64,000 nt of DNA from an uncultured Gemmatimonadales bacterium (lineage in GTDB: Bacteria; Gemmatimonadota; Gemmatimonadetes; Gemmatimonadales; GWC2-71-9). The stretch lies in the NCBI GenBank assembly GCA_963825055.1, contig CAWGSK010000012.1, forward strand, positions 608,001 through 672,000. The letters run 5' to 3'. Under the pieces are notes generated by a model, which saw only the letters and a program-made list of their open reading frames with translations, did no database searches and was not told the DNA's origin. Positions within the stretch are counted from its first letter, which is position 1. Every line of letters starts with the position of its first letter. This document shows, one piece after another, positions 54,593 through 64,000 of the stretch. The translations under genes and the position numbers were made by a program.

Positions 54593-55450
54593 GCCGGGAC
54601 CAGCACCACCACCGGCTGGAGCCAGCCGTCCTCGCCCGCCGTCGCGACCGCCGCGACCGATTCGCCGTCCCGCAGGATGACGGTGCCATCCGTGCCGGGG
54701 CGCCGGATCGGCCGCCCGTGGCCGACCGCGTCCCGCTCCTCCGACTCGAGCTGGAGCTGCGGCAGGTGGTCGAGCACCGTGTGCGCGGGGCGCACATCGC
54801 CAGGGTCCAGGTCCTCGAGCGCCACGGCATCCTCCACCCGGAGCGAACCGATCGCCTCGCGGCGGAGCGCCGTCAGGTGCGCGCCGGTGCCCAGCGCCTC
54901 GCCCAGGTCCCGTGCGATGGCCCGGATGTAGGTCCCGGCGCTCACCGCGGCCCGGAAGTCCACCTCGTCGCCCCGGCGCTCCAGCAGCTCCAGCGCGTGG
55001 ATCGTCACCGGGACCTCCGGCAGTGTGACCGTCTCGCCCCGCCGCGCCAGGCGGTAGCTCCGCACACCCCCCACCTTCTTGGCGCTGAACTCCGGCGGGC
55101 GCTGCGGGTGGGTGCCCAGCATCCGCTGACATGGCACCTGTCAGCGCCGCATCGTCCACCCCGGCCACCGCCTCCGCCCGTGCAGGCTCGCCTGACGGCG
55201 AGCCCGTGGAGTCGTCGGTCGTCGTGGCCACTCCCAGCCGCATCGTGGCCCGGTACACCTTGGGCTCCTGGGGTGCGAAGCGCGCCAGCCGCGTCGCGCG
55301 GCCGAGGAGCACCACCAGCAGCCCGGATGCGAAGGGGTCGAGCGTACCGGTATGCCCCGCGGAGCGCTCACCCGTTGCCCGCCTGACCCGCGTGACCACG
55401 TCGTGCGAGGTCGGTCCGGCGGGCTTGTCGACCAGGACCACCCCCGTCAG
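54589..55450 (-). pseudogene. truB: tRNA pseudouridine(55) synthase TruB, interrupted by a +1 insertion near 55129
   Basis: [12 protein letters not shown] and [12 protein letters not shown] in one frame; [21 protein letters not shown] in another; removing one base restores [14 protein letters not shown]. Confidence 0.88.
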
Positions 55451-55815
55451 CCGTCCCCCTCGTCGGTCTTGAGGTCGGCGAGGATCTGGTTGATCCTGGC
55501 GGCCTGCTCCAGCCCGCGGTCCAGTTCGAACCTGAGTTCGGGGACGATCCGGGTCGACAGCGAACGGCCGACCTTCGTGCGGAGGAACCCGGTGGCGCTC
55601 TGCAGCCCCTCGAGGGCGCGCATCTTCTCGTCCTCGTCGCCCATGACGCTCACCATGACCCGGGCGGAGGAGAGATCGCCCGTCACCTCGACCCCTGTCA
55701 CGGTGACGAACCCGACCCGCGGATCCCGCACCTCGCGGGTCAGCGCGTCGGCCACCACCTGCCGGATGGTCTCCCCCACCTGTTCGGGCCGGTGCGACCC
55801 GCCGCGTCCCCTCAT
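55447..55815 (-). CDS. rbfA: Ribosome-binding factor A
   Basis: VRDPRVG-VTVT, DLSSARV, GFLR, VPELRF. Confidence 0.97.
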   Translation of the reverse strand: MRGRGGSHRPEQVGETIRQVVADALTREVRDPRVGFVTVTGVEVTGDLSSARVMVSVMGDEDEKMRALEGLQSATGFLRTKVGRSLSTRIVPELRFELDRGLEQAARINQILADLKTDEGDG

Positions 55816-56093
55816 AGGAAAGCTTCCTCTGTCCCGATGATGCGGACCCCGTCCGCGTCTTCGACCTTCCGGTCCGCGCGACGCAGGATGCCCTGCACCG
55901 CCGTGCGGTCACTCCCGATCGCCGCGCAGGCGACTTCCGCCCGCTGCCAGGTGTCCTGCTGCCCTGTCTCGGCGACCGTCACGTTCAGGTCGCGCCGGAG
56001 GCCCGCCTTGAGCGACTGCAGGATGCCCCGCTTCTCCTTCAGCGAATGGCAGCCGGGCAGCTGGAGGTCCCACGCCCGGACACCCACCACCAC
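55812..56093 (-). CDS. DUF503 (YlxP-like) protein
   Basis: SLKEKR, NVTVAE-QD-WQRA; located between infB and rbfA. Confidence 0.92.
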   Translation of the reverse strand: MVVGVRAWDLQLPGCHSLKEKRGILQSLKAGLRRDLNVTVAETGQQDTWQRAEVACAAIGSDRTAVQGILRRADRKVEDADGVRIIGTEEAFL

Positions 56094-56103
56094 GTTCCCG
56101 CCC

Positions 56104-58863
56104 TCAGACCGCGCCGGACGAGGCGCTGGCCTCCAGCGTGCGCTTCACTTCCTCGGTCCGGTAAGCCTCGATCACGTCGCCGACCTTGAGGTCGTTGTAG
56201 TTCTCGATGGCGATGCCGCACTCGAGGCCCTCGCGGACTTCCTTGACGTCGTCCTTGAAGCGCTTGAGGCTCGAGAGGTTGCCGGCATACACCTCGACAC
56301 CGTCCCGCAGCACGCGCGCCTTCGCGGTCCGGGAGATGGTGCCGCTCGTCACCTGGCAGCCGGCGATGGTACCGACCCGGCTCACCTTGAAGAGCTGCAG
56401 CACCTTCGCCTCGCCCAGCACCGTCTCGCGCTCTTCCGGCTTGAGCAGGCCCTCGAGGGCGTTGCGCACGTCCTCGACCGCCTCGTAGATGACGCGGTAG
56501 GTGCGGATGTCCACCTGCTCGCGCTCCGCGGCCGCCCGGGCGTTGCTGTCGGGACGGACGTGGAAGCCGAGGATCATGGCTCCCGATGCCTTGGCGAGCA
56601 GGATGTCGCTCTCGCTGATGGCACCGACGCCCCGGTGGACGACGTCCACCTTGACCTCGGAGGTACCGAGCTGGGCGAGCGCGTCGGCCAGGGCCTCGGC
56701 GGGACCGCCCTGGTCGGCCTTGATGATGAGCCGGAGGTTGGCGACCTCGCCTTCCTGCAGGGCGCGGCTCAGGTCCTCCAGCGTGCCGGCGCGGGCGGTG
56801 CGGCGGTTCTGCGCCTCCCGCTCCAGCCGCTGGCGCTTCTGGGCGATCCCGCGCGCCTCGTTGGCGTCCGTGACCACGGAGAAGTTGTCGCCCGCCGCCG
56901 GAACGCCGTCGAAGCCCAGGATCTGGACCGGGATGGACGGGCCGGCCTCCTTCACGGTCTTGCCGCGCTCGTCGAACATCGCGCGGACGCGGCCGCTGTA
57001 CATGCCGCAGATGAAGTCGTCGCCGACTTTGAGGTTGCCGCGCTGCACCAGGATGGTGGCCAGCGGGCCCTTGCCCGGGTCAAGCGTCGCCTCGAGGACC
57101 GTGCCCTGCGCCGTGCGGTCGGGATTGGCCTTCAGGTCAAGGATTTCGGCCTGGAGCAGTACCTGGTCCAGCAGCTGGTCCACCCCGGTGCCCTTCTTGG
57201 CGGAAATCGGGGTCGCCAGCACGTTGCCGCCGAACTCCTCGAGCACGACGCTGTGCTGGAGGAGGTCCTGCTTGACCTTGTCGACGTTGGCGCTCGGCAG
57301 GTCGATCTTGTTGATCGCCACCACCATCGGCACGCCGGCATTCTTTGCGTGGCTGATCGCCTCGATGGTCTGCGGCATGACCTGGTCGTCCGCCGCCACC
57401 ACCAGCACGACGATGTCCGTCACCTGCGCGCCGCGGGCCCGCATGGCGGTGAAGGCCTGGTGACCCGGGGTGTCCAGGAAGGTCATCGTCTTCCCGTTCG
57501 GCAGCTCGACGTGGTACGCGCCGATGTGCTGCGTGATGCCGCCGGCCTCACCCGCGACGATGTTCTCCTTGCGGATGTAATCGAGGAGCGAGGTCTTGCC
57601 GTGGTCCACGTGGCCCATGATGGTGACGACGGGCGAGCGCGGTGCGAGATCCTCCTCGGCGTCCGGCGTCTCCTGGTCCTCCACGTCCATCTGGTACTCG
57701 GTCTCGCGGAGCGCCTCGAAGCCGAACGCCGAGGCGATCAGCTCGATCTGGTCGAAGTCGAGCCGCTGGTTCACCGTCACCATCAGGCCCAGTTCCTTGA
57801 ACGCGAACTGGACGATCTGGGTCGCGGAGACCTTCATCGTGTCGGCGAGCTCGGAGACGGACACGAACTCGTTCACGTGAATCAGCGTCTTCTCGCGTTC
57901 CCGCTCCTCCGCCGCCTTGCCGGCCTGCACTTCCCGATAGCTCGGCTCGTCGCTCCGGCCGCGGCCCTTGCGGCCACCGCTGCCGCCCCGCATGCCCTGG
58001 AGGGTCTTCATGATGTTCGCCTGCACCTGGTCCTGGTCCACCGAGGCCCTCCGGCCCTTGCGACCCTTGCGCCGCCCGGCCCCGCGCTCGGCATCGGGGC
58101 CAAAGCGGTTCTCGCGGGTGGGCGCGCCGCTGCTGCTGAAGACCGGCTTCGGCCCGCTCCGGGGCGCACCCGGGCCGGCCGCGGGACGTACGCCGGCGGC
58201 GGGACGCTGGATCTTCTTCGGGATGAACGGCTGCCTGGCCGGGCTGGACGGACGCGACGGTGCCGCGGGCGCCTGCTCGGCGGCCGGGGTGTCCGCGTCA
58301 GCATCCAGGGACGCGGCGGCTTCGGCGGGCGCCTCGGCTTCCGCCTCTTCCTCCTGGTCAGCGGGCGGCAGGTCCTTGAACAGGGCGCGGGCGCGCTCTT
58401 CAATACTCGCAGCGGTGCGCGACACTTCCGGCTCGGCGGCCTCGATCGCGGCTTCGCGCTCGAGTTCCATCGCCAGGGCCTCGGCCTCTTCCTCGGCCCG
58501 GACGCGCGCTTCCGCCTCGGCCACTTCGGCCGCGGTGCGGCGCCGGCGGGCGGGCTTGGGCGGCGCGGGCGGCGCCTCCGGTTCGGCCTTCTTGCGCCGG
58601 GTGGTGGTCTTCCTGGCTGTCTTGGTCGCCTTGGCGGTCTTCTCCTTGGTCGTGCGGGCGGTCCGGCGCCCCTTCTTCGGGGCGGTCTCGCTGCCCTTGC
58701 GCTTCTCGCGCTCCCAGCGCAGCCGGGCCTTGGCCACCTGGTCGGATTCCAGCGCCGACAGGTGGGACCGGACAAAGATGTTCATGTCCCGGAGCATCGT
58801 CAGGAGACGCTCCGATTCAATCCCGAATTCCGCCGCGAGTTCATGCACTCTGGTCTTGACCAC
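56104..58863 (-). CDS. infB: Translation initiation factor IF-2
   Basis: [37 protein letters not shown]. Confidence 0.99.
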   Translation of the reverse strand: MVKTRVHELAAEFGIESERLLTMLRDMNIFVRSHLSALESDQVAKARLRWEREKRKGSETAPKKGRRTARTTKEKTAKATKTARKTTTRRKKAEPEAPPAPPKPARRRRTAAEVAEAEARVRAEEEAEALAMELEREAAIEAAEPEVSRTAASIEERARALFKDLPPADQEEEAEAEAPAEAAASLDADADTPAAEQAPAAPSRPSSPARQPFIPKKIQRPAAGVRPAAGPGAPRSGPKPVFSSSGAPTRENRFGPDAERGAGRRKGRKGRRASVDQDQVQANIMKTLQGMRGGSGGRKGRGRSDEPSYREVQAGKAAEEREREKTLIHVNEFVSVSELADTMKVSATQIVQFAFKELGLMVTVNQRLDFDQIELIASAFGFEALRETEYQMDVEDQETPDAEEDLAPRSPVVTIMGHVDHGKTSLLDYIRKENIVAGEAGGITQHIGAYHVELPNGKTMTFLDTPGHQAFTAMRARGAQVTDIVVLVVAADDQVMPQTIEAISHAKNAGVPMVVAINKIDLPSANVDKVKQDLLQHSVVLEEFGGNVLATPISAKKGTGVDQLLDQVLLQAEILDLKANPDRTAQGTVLEATLDPGKGPLATILVQRGNLKVGDDFICGMYSGRVRAMFDERGKTVKEAGPSIPVQILGFDGVPAAGDNFSVVTDANEARGIAQKRQRLEREAQNRRTARAGTLEDLSRALQEGEVANLRLIIKADQGGPAEALADALAQLGTSEVKVDVVHRGVGAISESDILLAKASGAMILGFHVRPDSNARAAAEREQVDIRTYRVIYEAVEDVRNALEGLLKPEERETVLGEAKVLQLFKVSRVGTIAGCQVTSGTISRTAKARVLRDGVEVYAGNLSSLKRFKDDVKEVREGLECGIAIENYNDLKVGDVIEAYRTEEVKRTLEASASSGAV

Positions 58864-58883
58864 TCACTCCTCCATCACGGACT

Positions 58884-59180
58884 TCACGACACCGCGCGTT
58901 GGATGCCGTCTGCCAGGGCACGGTCCCGCACCCCGGCCGCCATCACCGGGGGCCGGCCCAGTCGCGCGCCGATCTCGTCGGCCTCCGGCCCCCGTACCAC
59001 GAGCACCTGCCTGGCCCGCGCCAGGCGCTCCACTTTTTCCATCGCGCGCGGGCTGGCGTCGGACGCCATGACCACGCATGCGAACTCGTCCCGCTGCAAT
59101 CCGCGCCGCACCGCCTCGACCCCGACGGCAACACCGCCGGAACGCAGGCCCAGCCCGAGCAGGCCCAGCAGCCGGCTCAT
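58884..59180 (-). CDS. L7Ae/YlxQ-like RNA-binding protein
   Basis: LGLLGLG-R-G, VMASDAS, IGARLGR; between nusA and infB. Confidence 0.88.
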   Translation of the reverse strand: MSRLLGLLGLGLRSGGVAVGVEAVRRGLQRDEFACVVMASDASPRAMEKVERLARARQVLVVRGPEADEIGARLGRPPVMAAGVRDRALADGIQRAVS

Positions 59181-60586
59181 GCCTCCGGCGCGGACTCCGG
59201 CGCGGATTCCTTCACGGGCTCCGGCGCCGATTCCGGCGCGGCCTCCGGCGTGGCTGCCGGGGCGGGCTCCGCGGTGGCGGAGCCCTCGTCGCCCTCCTCC
59301 GTCAACTCGGCGAGGAAGCCGAGCAACTGCTCGGCGGATTCGGCCGTCATGCCCGGGATGCGGAGCAGGTCCTCACGCTCGAGGTCCAGGACGTCGTTGA
59401 GGGTCGTAAAGCCGGCGTTGTTGAGCAGCGCGACGAGTTCGGGGCTCATCCCCTCGAGGTCGGTCAGCGGCACCTGCATCGCCTGCTCATCCTCCTCCGG
59501 CAGCGGGGCGAACAGCGGGCCCTCGCCCCCACGCTCCAGCCACTCGCGGCTGGAGTACAGGTCGATCTTCCATCCCGAAAGCTCCGAGGCGAGACGGACG
59601 TTCTGGCCGTTGCGCCCGATGGCCAGCGAGAGCTGGTCCTCGTCCACGATGGCCTGGATCGTCTTGCTCACCGGATCACTGAAGACCCGGGCAACGCGCG
59701 CCGGCGCCAGGGCGAGGCGGGCGAACCGCTCCGGATCGGGCGACCATGGCACGATGTCGATCCGCTCGCCGCCGAGCTCGTTGACCACAGCCTGGACGCG
59801 CGAACCCTTGAGCCCGACACAGGCGCCCACCGGGTCGATCGCGTCGTCCCGGGAAATGACGGCCACCTTCGTCCGGCTGCCGACCTCACGGGCCCACGCA
59901 CGAATCTCCACGATGCCCTGCTGGATCTCGGGGACCTCGAGCTTGAACAGCGCCTTCACGAAGAGCGGGTCGCCCCGGGAGAGAATGAGCCGCGGCCCCT
60001 TGGGGGTCTCCTCGATCCGCTTCAGGACAGCGCGGATCGTGTCGCCCTGGTGGAAGTGTTCGCGGTGGTTCTGCTCGCGGTAGGGGATGATGGCCTCGGC
60101 CTCGCGGAAACGGTTCAGCATGATCACGAGCTTGCCGCGCTCGATCTGCTGGATCTCGCCGCTCAGGAGCTCGCCGACCTTGCCCGAGAACTCCTCCCGG
60201 ATCCGGTTCCGCTCGCCCTCGCGCACCCGCTGGATGATCCGCTGCTTGGCGGCCTGCACTGCCCCGCGGCCGAACATCTCGAAGGGTACGTCCTCCTCGA
60301 GCATGTCGCCGACCTGGAACTCCTCGTCCGTGAAGCGGGCCTCCTCGAGCGAGACTTCCTCGCTGGGATCCTCCACCGCCTCCACCACGCGGCGCAGCCG
60401 CACGACCCGGATGCCGCCCTTCATCTCGTCGAACGAGATCTCGAAGCGGACGTTGGGACCGAACTTCTTGACCAGTGCCGCCTGGATGCCATCCTGGAGC
60501 AGGTCGAGCAGCTCGGAACGTTCCAGTTGTTTGACGCTGGTCAGCTCACGAATGGCCGCCAGCACTTCAGCCGAACCCGACATCAC
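59177..60586 (-). CDS. nusA: Transcription termination/antitermination factor NusA
   Basis: FGRGAVQAAKQ, LEVPEI, DPVGACVG, AIGRNGQNVRLAS; acidic HhH-like C-terminal extension. Confidence 0.99.
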   Translation of the reverse strand: MMSGSAEVLAAIRELTSVKQLERSELLDLLQDGIQAALVKKFGPNVRFEISFDEMKGGIRVVRLRRVVEAVEDPSEEVSLEEARFTDEEFQVGDMLEEDVPFEMFGRGAVQAAKQRIIQRVREGERNRIREEFSGKVGELLSGEIQQIERGKLVIMLNRFREAEAIIPYREQNHREHFHQGDTIRAVLKRIEETPKGPRLILSRGDPLFVKALFKLEVPEIQQGIVEIRAWAREVGSRTKVAVISRDDAIDPVGACVGLKGSRVQAVVNELGGERIDIVPWSPDPERFARLALAPARVARVFSDPVSKTIQAIVDEDQLSLAIGRNGQNVRLASELSGWKIDLYSSREWLERGGEGPLFAPLPEEDEQAMQVPLTDLEGMSPELVALLNNAGFTTLNDVLDLEREDLLRIPGMTAESAEQLLGFLAELTEEGDEGSATAEPAPAATPEAAPESAPEPVKESAPESAPEA

Positions 60587-61077
60587 CTTTTTCTCCCTTT
60601 GGGCCGCCCCACGGCCGGCCAGTCCACGACCAGTGTGGCGTCCTTAATCTCCTCGCGCGGGATCGCGCGTTCCTCATTATCCGGAAACCGCAGTACCACC
60701 GTCTCTTCGTCCGGCACGTCCACGATGGTGGCGGTGGGATGCCCCTGGAAGGGCCCCTTTACCTTCACCTCGCGTCCGACGAACCGCCGCCAGTGCTCCG
60801 CAAAGCGCACCGGCCGTTCCAGCCCGGGCGAACTCACCTCGAGCACATAACGCGGCGCAACCGACTCCCCCGATTCGAGGAACCGCTCCAGCGACCGGCT
60901 TACCAGGGTACAGTCCGCGGCGGTTACCCCTTGCCCGGGACTGCTGCCTGGCCGGTCAATCCTGACCTGTAACAGGGGACGCTGCACCGACCCGCGCTGG
61001 CGGAAGTCCACCAGCTCAAATCCCATCGCCTCGACGTGGCGTCGGACCGGATCGAGCAGTTCGTCGGGAGGATTCAC
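60583..61077 (-). CDS. rimP: Ribosome maturation factor RimP
   Basis: DCTLVSR, YVLEVSSPGLERP, VVDW. Confidence 0.96.
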   Translation of the reverse strand: MNPPDELLDPVRRHVEAMGFELVDFRQRGSVQRPLLQVRIDRPGSSPGQGVTAADCTLVSRSLERFLESGESVAPRYVLEVSSPGLERPVRFAEHWRRFVGREVKVKGPFQGHPTATIVDVPDEETVVLRFPDNEERAIPREEIKDATLVVDWPAVGRPKGRKR

Positions 61078-61088
61078 CCTTGGGCCAT

Positions 61089-61114
61089 AAAAAAATGTGG
61101 GGAACTCCCCACAT
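61089..61114 (-). terminator. Leader terminator/attenuator hairpin upstream of rimP
   Basis: ATGTGGGG-4nt-CCCCACAT followed by a T run on the minus strand, 12 nt before the GTG. Confidence 0.75.
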
Positions 61115-61188
61115 CACACCAACTGCAAACACAAGTTCCCGGGACAGCGGGATAATTGTAACCGTCGGAGGGGAGGCAGTCAATTGTC

Positions 61189-61305
61189 GGGCGGTCAGGC
61201 GGTCAGGCGGTCAGGGCGGTCGGGCGGTCGGGCGGTCGGGCGGTCAGGCGGTCAGGCGGTCAGGCGGTCAGGCGGAGGGGCCGCCGTTCACCGTTTACCG
61301 TTCAC
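61189..61305. repeat. Octamer array (RGGCGGTC)x~10 plus a short (CGTTCAC) array
   Basis: Read directly between the pgeF stop and the rimP promoter region. Confidence 0.92.
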
Positions 61306-62063
61306 GCCTTCAGGGAAAGATACGCCACCATCCTCCCATCCCTCCCCCCGCTGGCCCGGTGGCTGTGGAACCAGGAGTCGTGGGCCGAGCAGTATTGTGA
61401 TGTGGAGATAGTCCGAACGCCCAGCGCCTCGGCCTGGCGAGCGATGACCCCGCGCAGGTCGGCATGCCATGGACCGGACTCCACTCGCTCGAGCCCGAGT
61501 GCATCCATAACCTCAGAACCTACTTCATAGCACTGGTCACATATTCCTACACCACAGTGCATTACGATATTTGTCGGATCTGATCCATAGTGAGTGTTCA
61601 GGGCCTCGACGCCGGCCTCGAGCATCCCCGCGGCGGTGCCGCGCCACCCGCTGTGGAGCAGCCCGACGGCCCTGGTCACCGGGTCCAGCAGGTAGACCGG
61701 AATGCAGTCTGCCACGGTCACGGAGAGCATGATGCCGGGCTCGTCCGTCACATGGCCGTCCACCCCATCCACCAGCAGCCAGCCCTCCACCCGGTCCCGC
61801 CGGCCGATGTCCGTGCCATGGACCTGGTGGCCCAGGACGACTCCATGGATCCCGGGCTCCATCCGCCGGAGGGCGGACCAGCGGCGCATCACGTCCCCCA
61901 CGGGGCGCCCACCCCAGAGCCCGAGGTCATACGACCCCGCCGCGTCGCCCCGGCCGGTAATCCCGGCGATCACCCCATGTTTCTCGCGCCAGCCAGGAAC
62001 CTCAAAGAGTGGGAGGTCGCCCTCGACCCGCTCCTCCCTGACGGAGGTCACTTCCCCGATCAC
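61302..62063 (-). CDS. pgeF: PgeF/YfiH family (peptidoglycan editing / purine nucleoside phosphorylase, laccase-domain)
   Basis: HQVHG, DGHVT, VADCIPV, HSGWRG, CYEVG, FHSHR, GRM; GTGA overlap with murA. Confidence 0.92.
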   Translation of the reverse strand: MIGEVTSVREERVEGDLPLFEVPGWREKHGVIAGITGRGDAAGSYDLGLWGGRPVGDVMRRWSALRRMEPGIHGVVLGHQVHGTDIGRRDRVEGWLLVDGVDGHVTDEPGIMLSVTVADCIPVYLLDPVTRAVGLLHSGWRGTAAGMLEAGVEALNTHYGSDPTNIVMHCGVGICDQCYEVGSEVMDALGLERVESGPWHADLRGVIARQAEALGVRTISTSQYCSAHDSWFHSHRASGGRDGRMVAYLSLKA

Positions 62064-63340
62064 TCGACCCGCTCGATCTCGGCGCCCAGTTCGCGGAGCC
62101 GGACGTCGATCCGCTCGTAGCCCCGCTCGATCTGGCCGACGTTGTGGATGGTGCTGGTGCCCTCGGCGGCGAGGGCCGCCACCAGCATGGCCATGCCGGC
62201 CCGGATGTCGGGCGACTCCACCACCCCGCCCCGGAGCTGGCTCGGCCCGTTGATGACGGCGCGGTGCGGGTCGCAGAGCACGATCCGGGCGCCCATCCCG
62301 ATCAGCTTGTCCACGAAGAACAGGCGCGACTCGAACATCTTCTCGAAGATGAGCAGCATGCCGTGGCACTGGGTCGCGGTCACGATGGCAATGGACATCG
62401 CGTCGGCCGGGAACGCGGGCCAGGGGCCGTCCTCCAGCTTCGGCACGTGGCCGCCCAGGTCCGGCTTGATCCGCCGCTCCTGTCCGGCGTCCACGATGAG
62501 CTGATCACCGTCCATCCTGGCGTGGACGCCGAGGCGCTCGAAGCCGAGCAGCGTACTGCGGAGATCCTCCGGGCGGACCGGGCTGATCGTGAGGTGGCTG
62601 TTGGTGGCGGCGGCGAGGCCGATGAAGCTCGCCACCTCGATGTGATCGACCCCGATGCTGCACTTCGCCCCGTGCAGCGGCAGGCCGCCCTCGATGGTAT
62701 AGACGTTAGTACCGATCCCCTCGATGGACGCGCCCATGGCGACCAGGCCGCGGGCGAGGTCCTGTACGTGGGGCTCGGCGGCCGCGTTGGACAGCACCGT
62801 CCGGCCCTTCGCCGCGACGGCGGCCATCAGCGCGTTCTCGGTGCCGGTCACGCTGGGCTCGTCCAGGAAGATGTCGGTCCCGATCAGGCGCTTCCCTTCC
62901 AGCTCGTAGCGGTCGCCCACCATCACCTGGGCGCCCAGCCGTTCGAGGGCCAGGAAGTGGGTGTCCACCCGCCGGCGGCCTATCACGTCGCCGCCCGGGG
63001 GCGGCAGGTTGACCGACCCGAAGCGGGCAAGCAGCGGCCCGGCCAGCAGGATCGAGGCGCGGATCCGGGAGCAGAGGGCCGCGTCCAGCGGTTTCGGGGT
63101 CACGTTCCGGCAGTCCAGTGTGATCGCGCTGGGCCCGGTCCATTCCGTCGTGGCCCCCAGGTCTCCCAGGAGGGCGAGCATGGTCTCGACGTCCCGGATC
63201 CGGGGGATGTTCTCGAGTTCCACGGGCCCGTCGGCGAGGATGGTCGCGGCGAGCAGCGGCAGGGCGGCGTTCTTGTTGCCGGAGGGGCGGACCGACCCGC
63301 GGAGCGCGCGGCCGCCGGTCACGCGGAATTGAGGAGGCAT
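62060..63340 (-). CDS. murA: UDP-N-acetylglucosamine 1-carboxyvinyltransferase
   Basis: GNKNAALP, RASIL, PGGDVIGRR, SVTGTEN, NAAAEP, PDIRAG, IERGYE. Confidence 0.98.
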   Translation of the reverse strand: MPPQFRVTGGRALRGSVRPSGNKNAALPLLAATILADGPVELENIPRIRDVETMLALLGDLGATTEWTGPSAITLDCRNVTPKPLDAALCSRIRASILLAGPLLARFGSVNLPPPGGDVIGRRRVDTHFLALERLGAQVMVGDRYELEGKRLIGTDIFLDEPSVTGTENALMAAVAAKGRTVLSNAAAEPHVQDLARGLVAMGASIEGIGTNVYTIEGGLPLHGAKCSIGVDHIEVASFIGLAAATNSHLTISPVRPEDLRSTLLGFERLGVHARMDGDQLIVDAGQERRIKPDLGGHVPKLEDGPWPAFPADAMSIAIVTATQCHGMLLIFEKMFESRLFFVDKLIGMGARIVLCDPHRAVINGPSQLRGGVVESPDIRAGMAMLVAALAAEGTSTIHNVGQIERGYERIDVRLRELGAEIERVE

Positions 63341-63423
63341 GGCGTAAGGTCACCGGGAAAGCGGAGGGCCGTCAAGCCGTCGGTGTGGCGGGTCACGGCG
63401 AACCGGGTACGGCACGGCGTTAT

Positions 63424-63443
63424 CTTACCGCAGTTGCGGTAAG
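63424..63443. promoter_or_regulatory. Perfect 9-2-9 palindrome, candidate operator in divergent promoter region
   Basis: CTTACCGCA-GT-TGCGGTAAG. Confidence 0.5.
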
Positions 63444-63465
63444 TTACCACCCGGGAGGTGAGCCC

Positions 63466-63966
63466 ATGGTCGTCGCGCTGTTCCTGCAGCAGCAAACACC
63501 CGTGACACTCGAGAGCGGCTGGGTCGGGCCGGTCATCGCGATCAGCCTGCTCATCATCGCCAGCGGCGCGCTCATGGCCGGCATAGCGCTCCTGCTGGTG
63601 CTCCGTGAAATCAAGGAACAGACCGTCAAGATCAGCACGACCATCGATACGGCGCAGGCCGCCATGCAGCGCATCGGCCAGCAGCTCAGGGACGCGAGCA
63701 GCGAGGGCCGGCACATCCTCCACCTCGTCCGCCACGAGACCGAGGCCTTTGCGAAGACCAGCCGCAAGATCCGGCGGAAGGTCATGCGCGGCAGCAAGCG
63801 GGTGGAGCAGCGGCTGGAAGACCTGGACGCGCTCTATGAAGTGGTCTATGACGAAGTGGCGGACACGGCGCTCACCGCTGCCAGCACCGTGCATACCATC
63901 CGGACCGGCGGCAAGTGGGTCCGGCGGATCAAGCGCTTCTTTCCCCGTTCGCGCCGGCGCAAGTGA
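63466..63966 (+). CDS. Hypothetical single-TM coiled-coil protein (DUF948-like)
   Basis: SD GGAGGTG, TM helix followed by heptad-rich helical region. Confidence 0.8.
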   Translation: MVVALFLQQQTPVTLESGWVGPVIAISLLIIASGALMAGIALLLVLREIKEQTVKISTTIDTAQAAMQRIGQQLRDASSEGRHILHLVRHETEAFAKTSRKIRRKVMRGSKRVEQRLEDLDALYEVVYDEVADTALTAASTVHTIRTGGKWVRRIKRFFPRSRRRK

Positions 63967-64000
63967 CTCTCCCACGCCTGCTGCTGGCCTTCATGGCCGT

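Noticed and set aside
53666..55912. 748-aa ORF as a natural TruB-RibF fusion gene
   Set aside because: Middle section is out-of-frame TruB sequence caused by the single-base insertion
55792..59400. 1202-aa plus-strand ORF and many similar long plus-strand ORFs (e.g. 89..1087, 4605..6305, 15993..17750, 50514..52340)
   Set aside because: Antisense shadows of well-recognised minus-strand genes; no motifs; expected from GC3-biased codons
22539..61305. Short repeat arrays as CRISPR
   Set aside because: Units are 7-9 nt in tandem with no unique spacers and no cas genes
63408..63425. GGCACG as a sigma-54 -24 element
   Set aside because: No TTGC at the required -12 spacing

Overview
High-GC (roughly 70%) bacterial chromosome segment, most likely Gemmatimonadota (inferred from gene order and the typical intergenic short-unit repeats; not verified by search). 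Almost all real genes are on the minus strand, and the long plus-strand ORFs are antisense shadows. Reading the minus strand from right to left: murA (Cys-to-Asp active site), pgeF, rimP-nusA-L7Ae-infB-DUF503-rbfA-truB(frameshifted)-ribF-secD-secF-tatD, fhs-ridA, tRNA-Sec, lipid kinase, DUF5683-like gene, murI, lpxH-like (+), an envelope cluster (thioesterase, HEAT-cyclophilin, HExxH-peptidase/PD40/Omp85 protein, lipoprotein, LptE, antiporter, rfaE2, rph, rdgB) and tRNA-Pro. A ~31 kb accessory block follows: MgtC-msrA-nhaA, an NHL lipoprotein, a four-gene DUF4956 / SdiA-regulated propeller / purple-acid-phosphatase lipoprotein / kinase-fold-Omp85 operon, a complete glycogen-trehalose operon with an in-frame TreY-GlgX fusion, and a KamA-like radical SAM / DUF2156 / HD cluster. 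The window ends in tilS-hpt-ftsH. The best candidate for an undescribed system is the envelope kinase-fold/phosphatase operon at 22709-28446. Other notable signals: probable CTG start codons on treY and treZ, a truB +1 insertion that perfects a quasi-palindrome, and dispersed elements with inverted heptamer arms. All family assignments come from motif recognition, not database searches.
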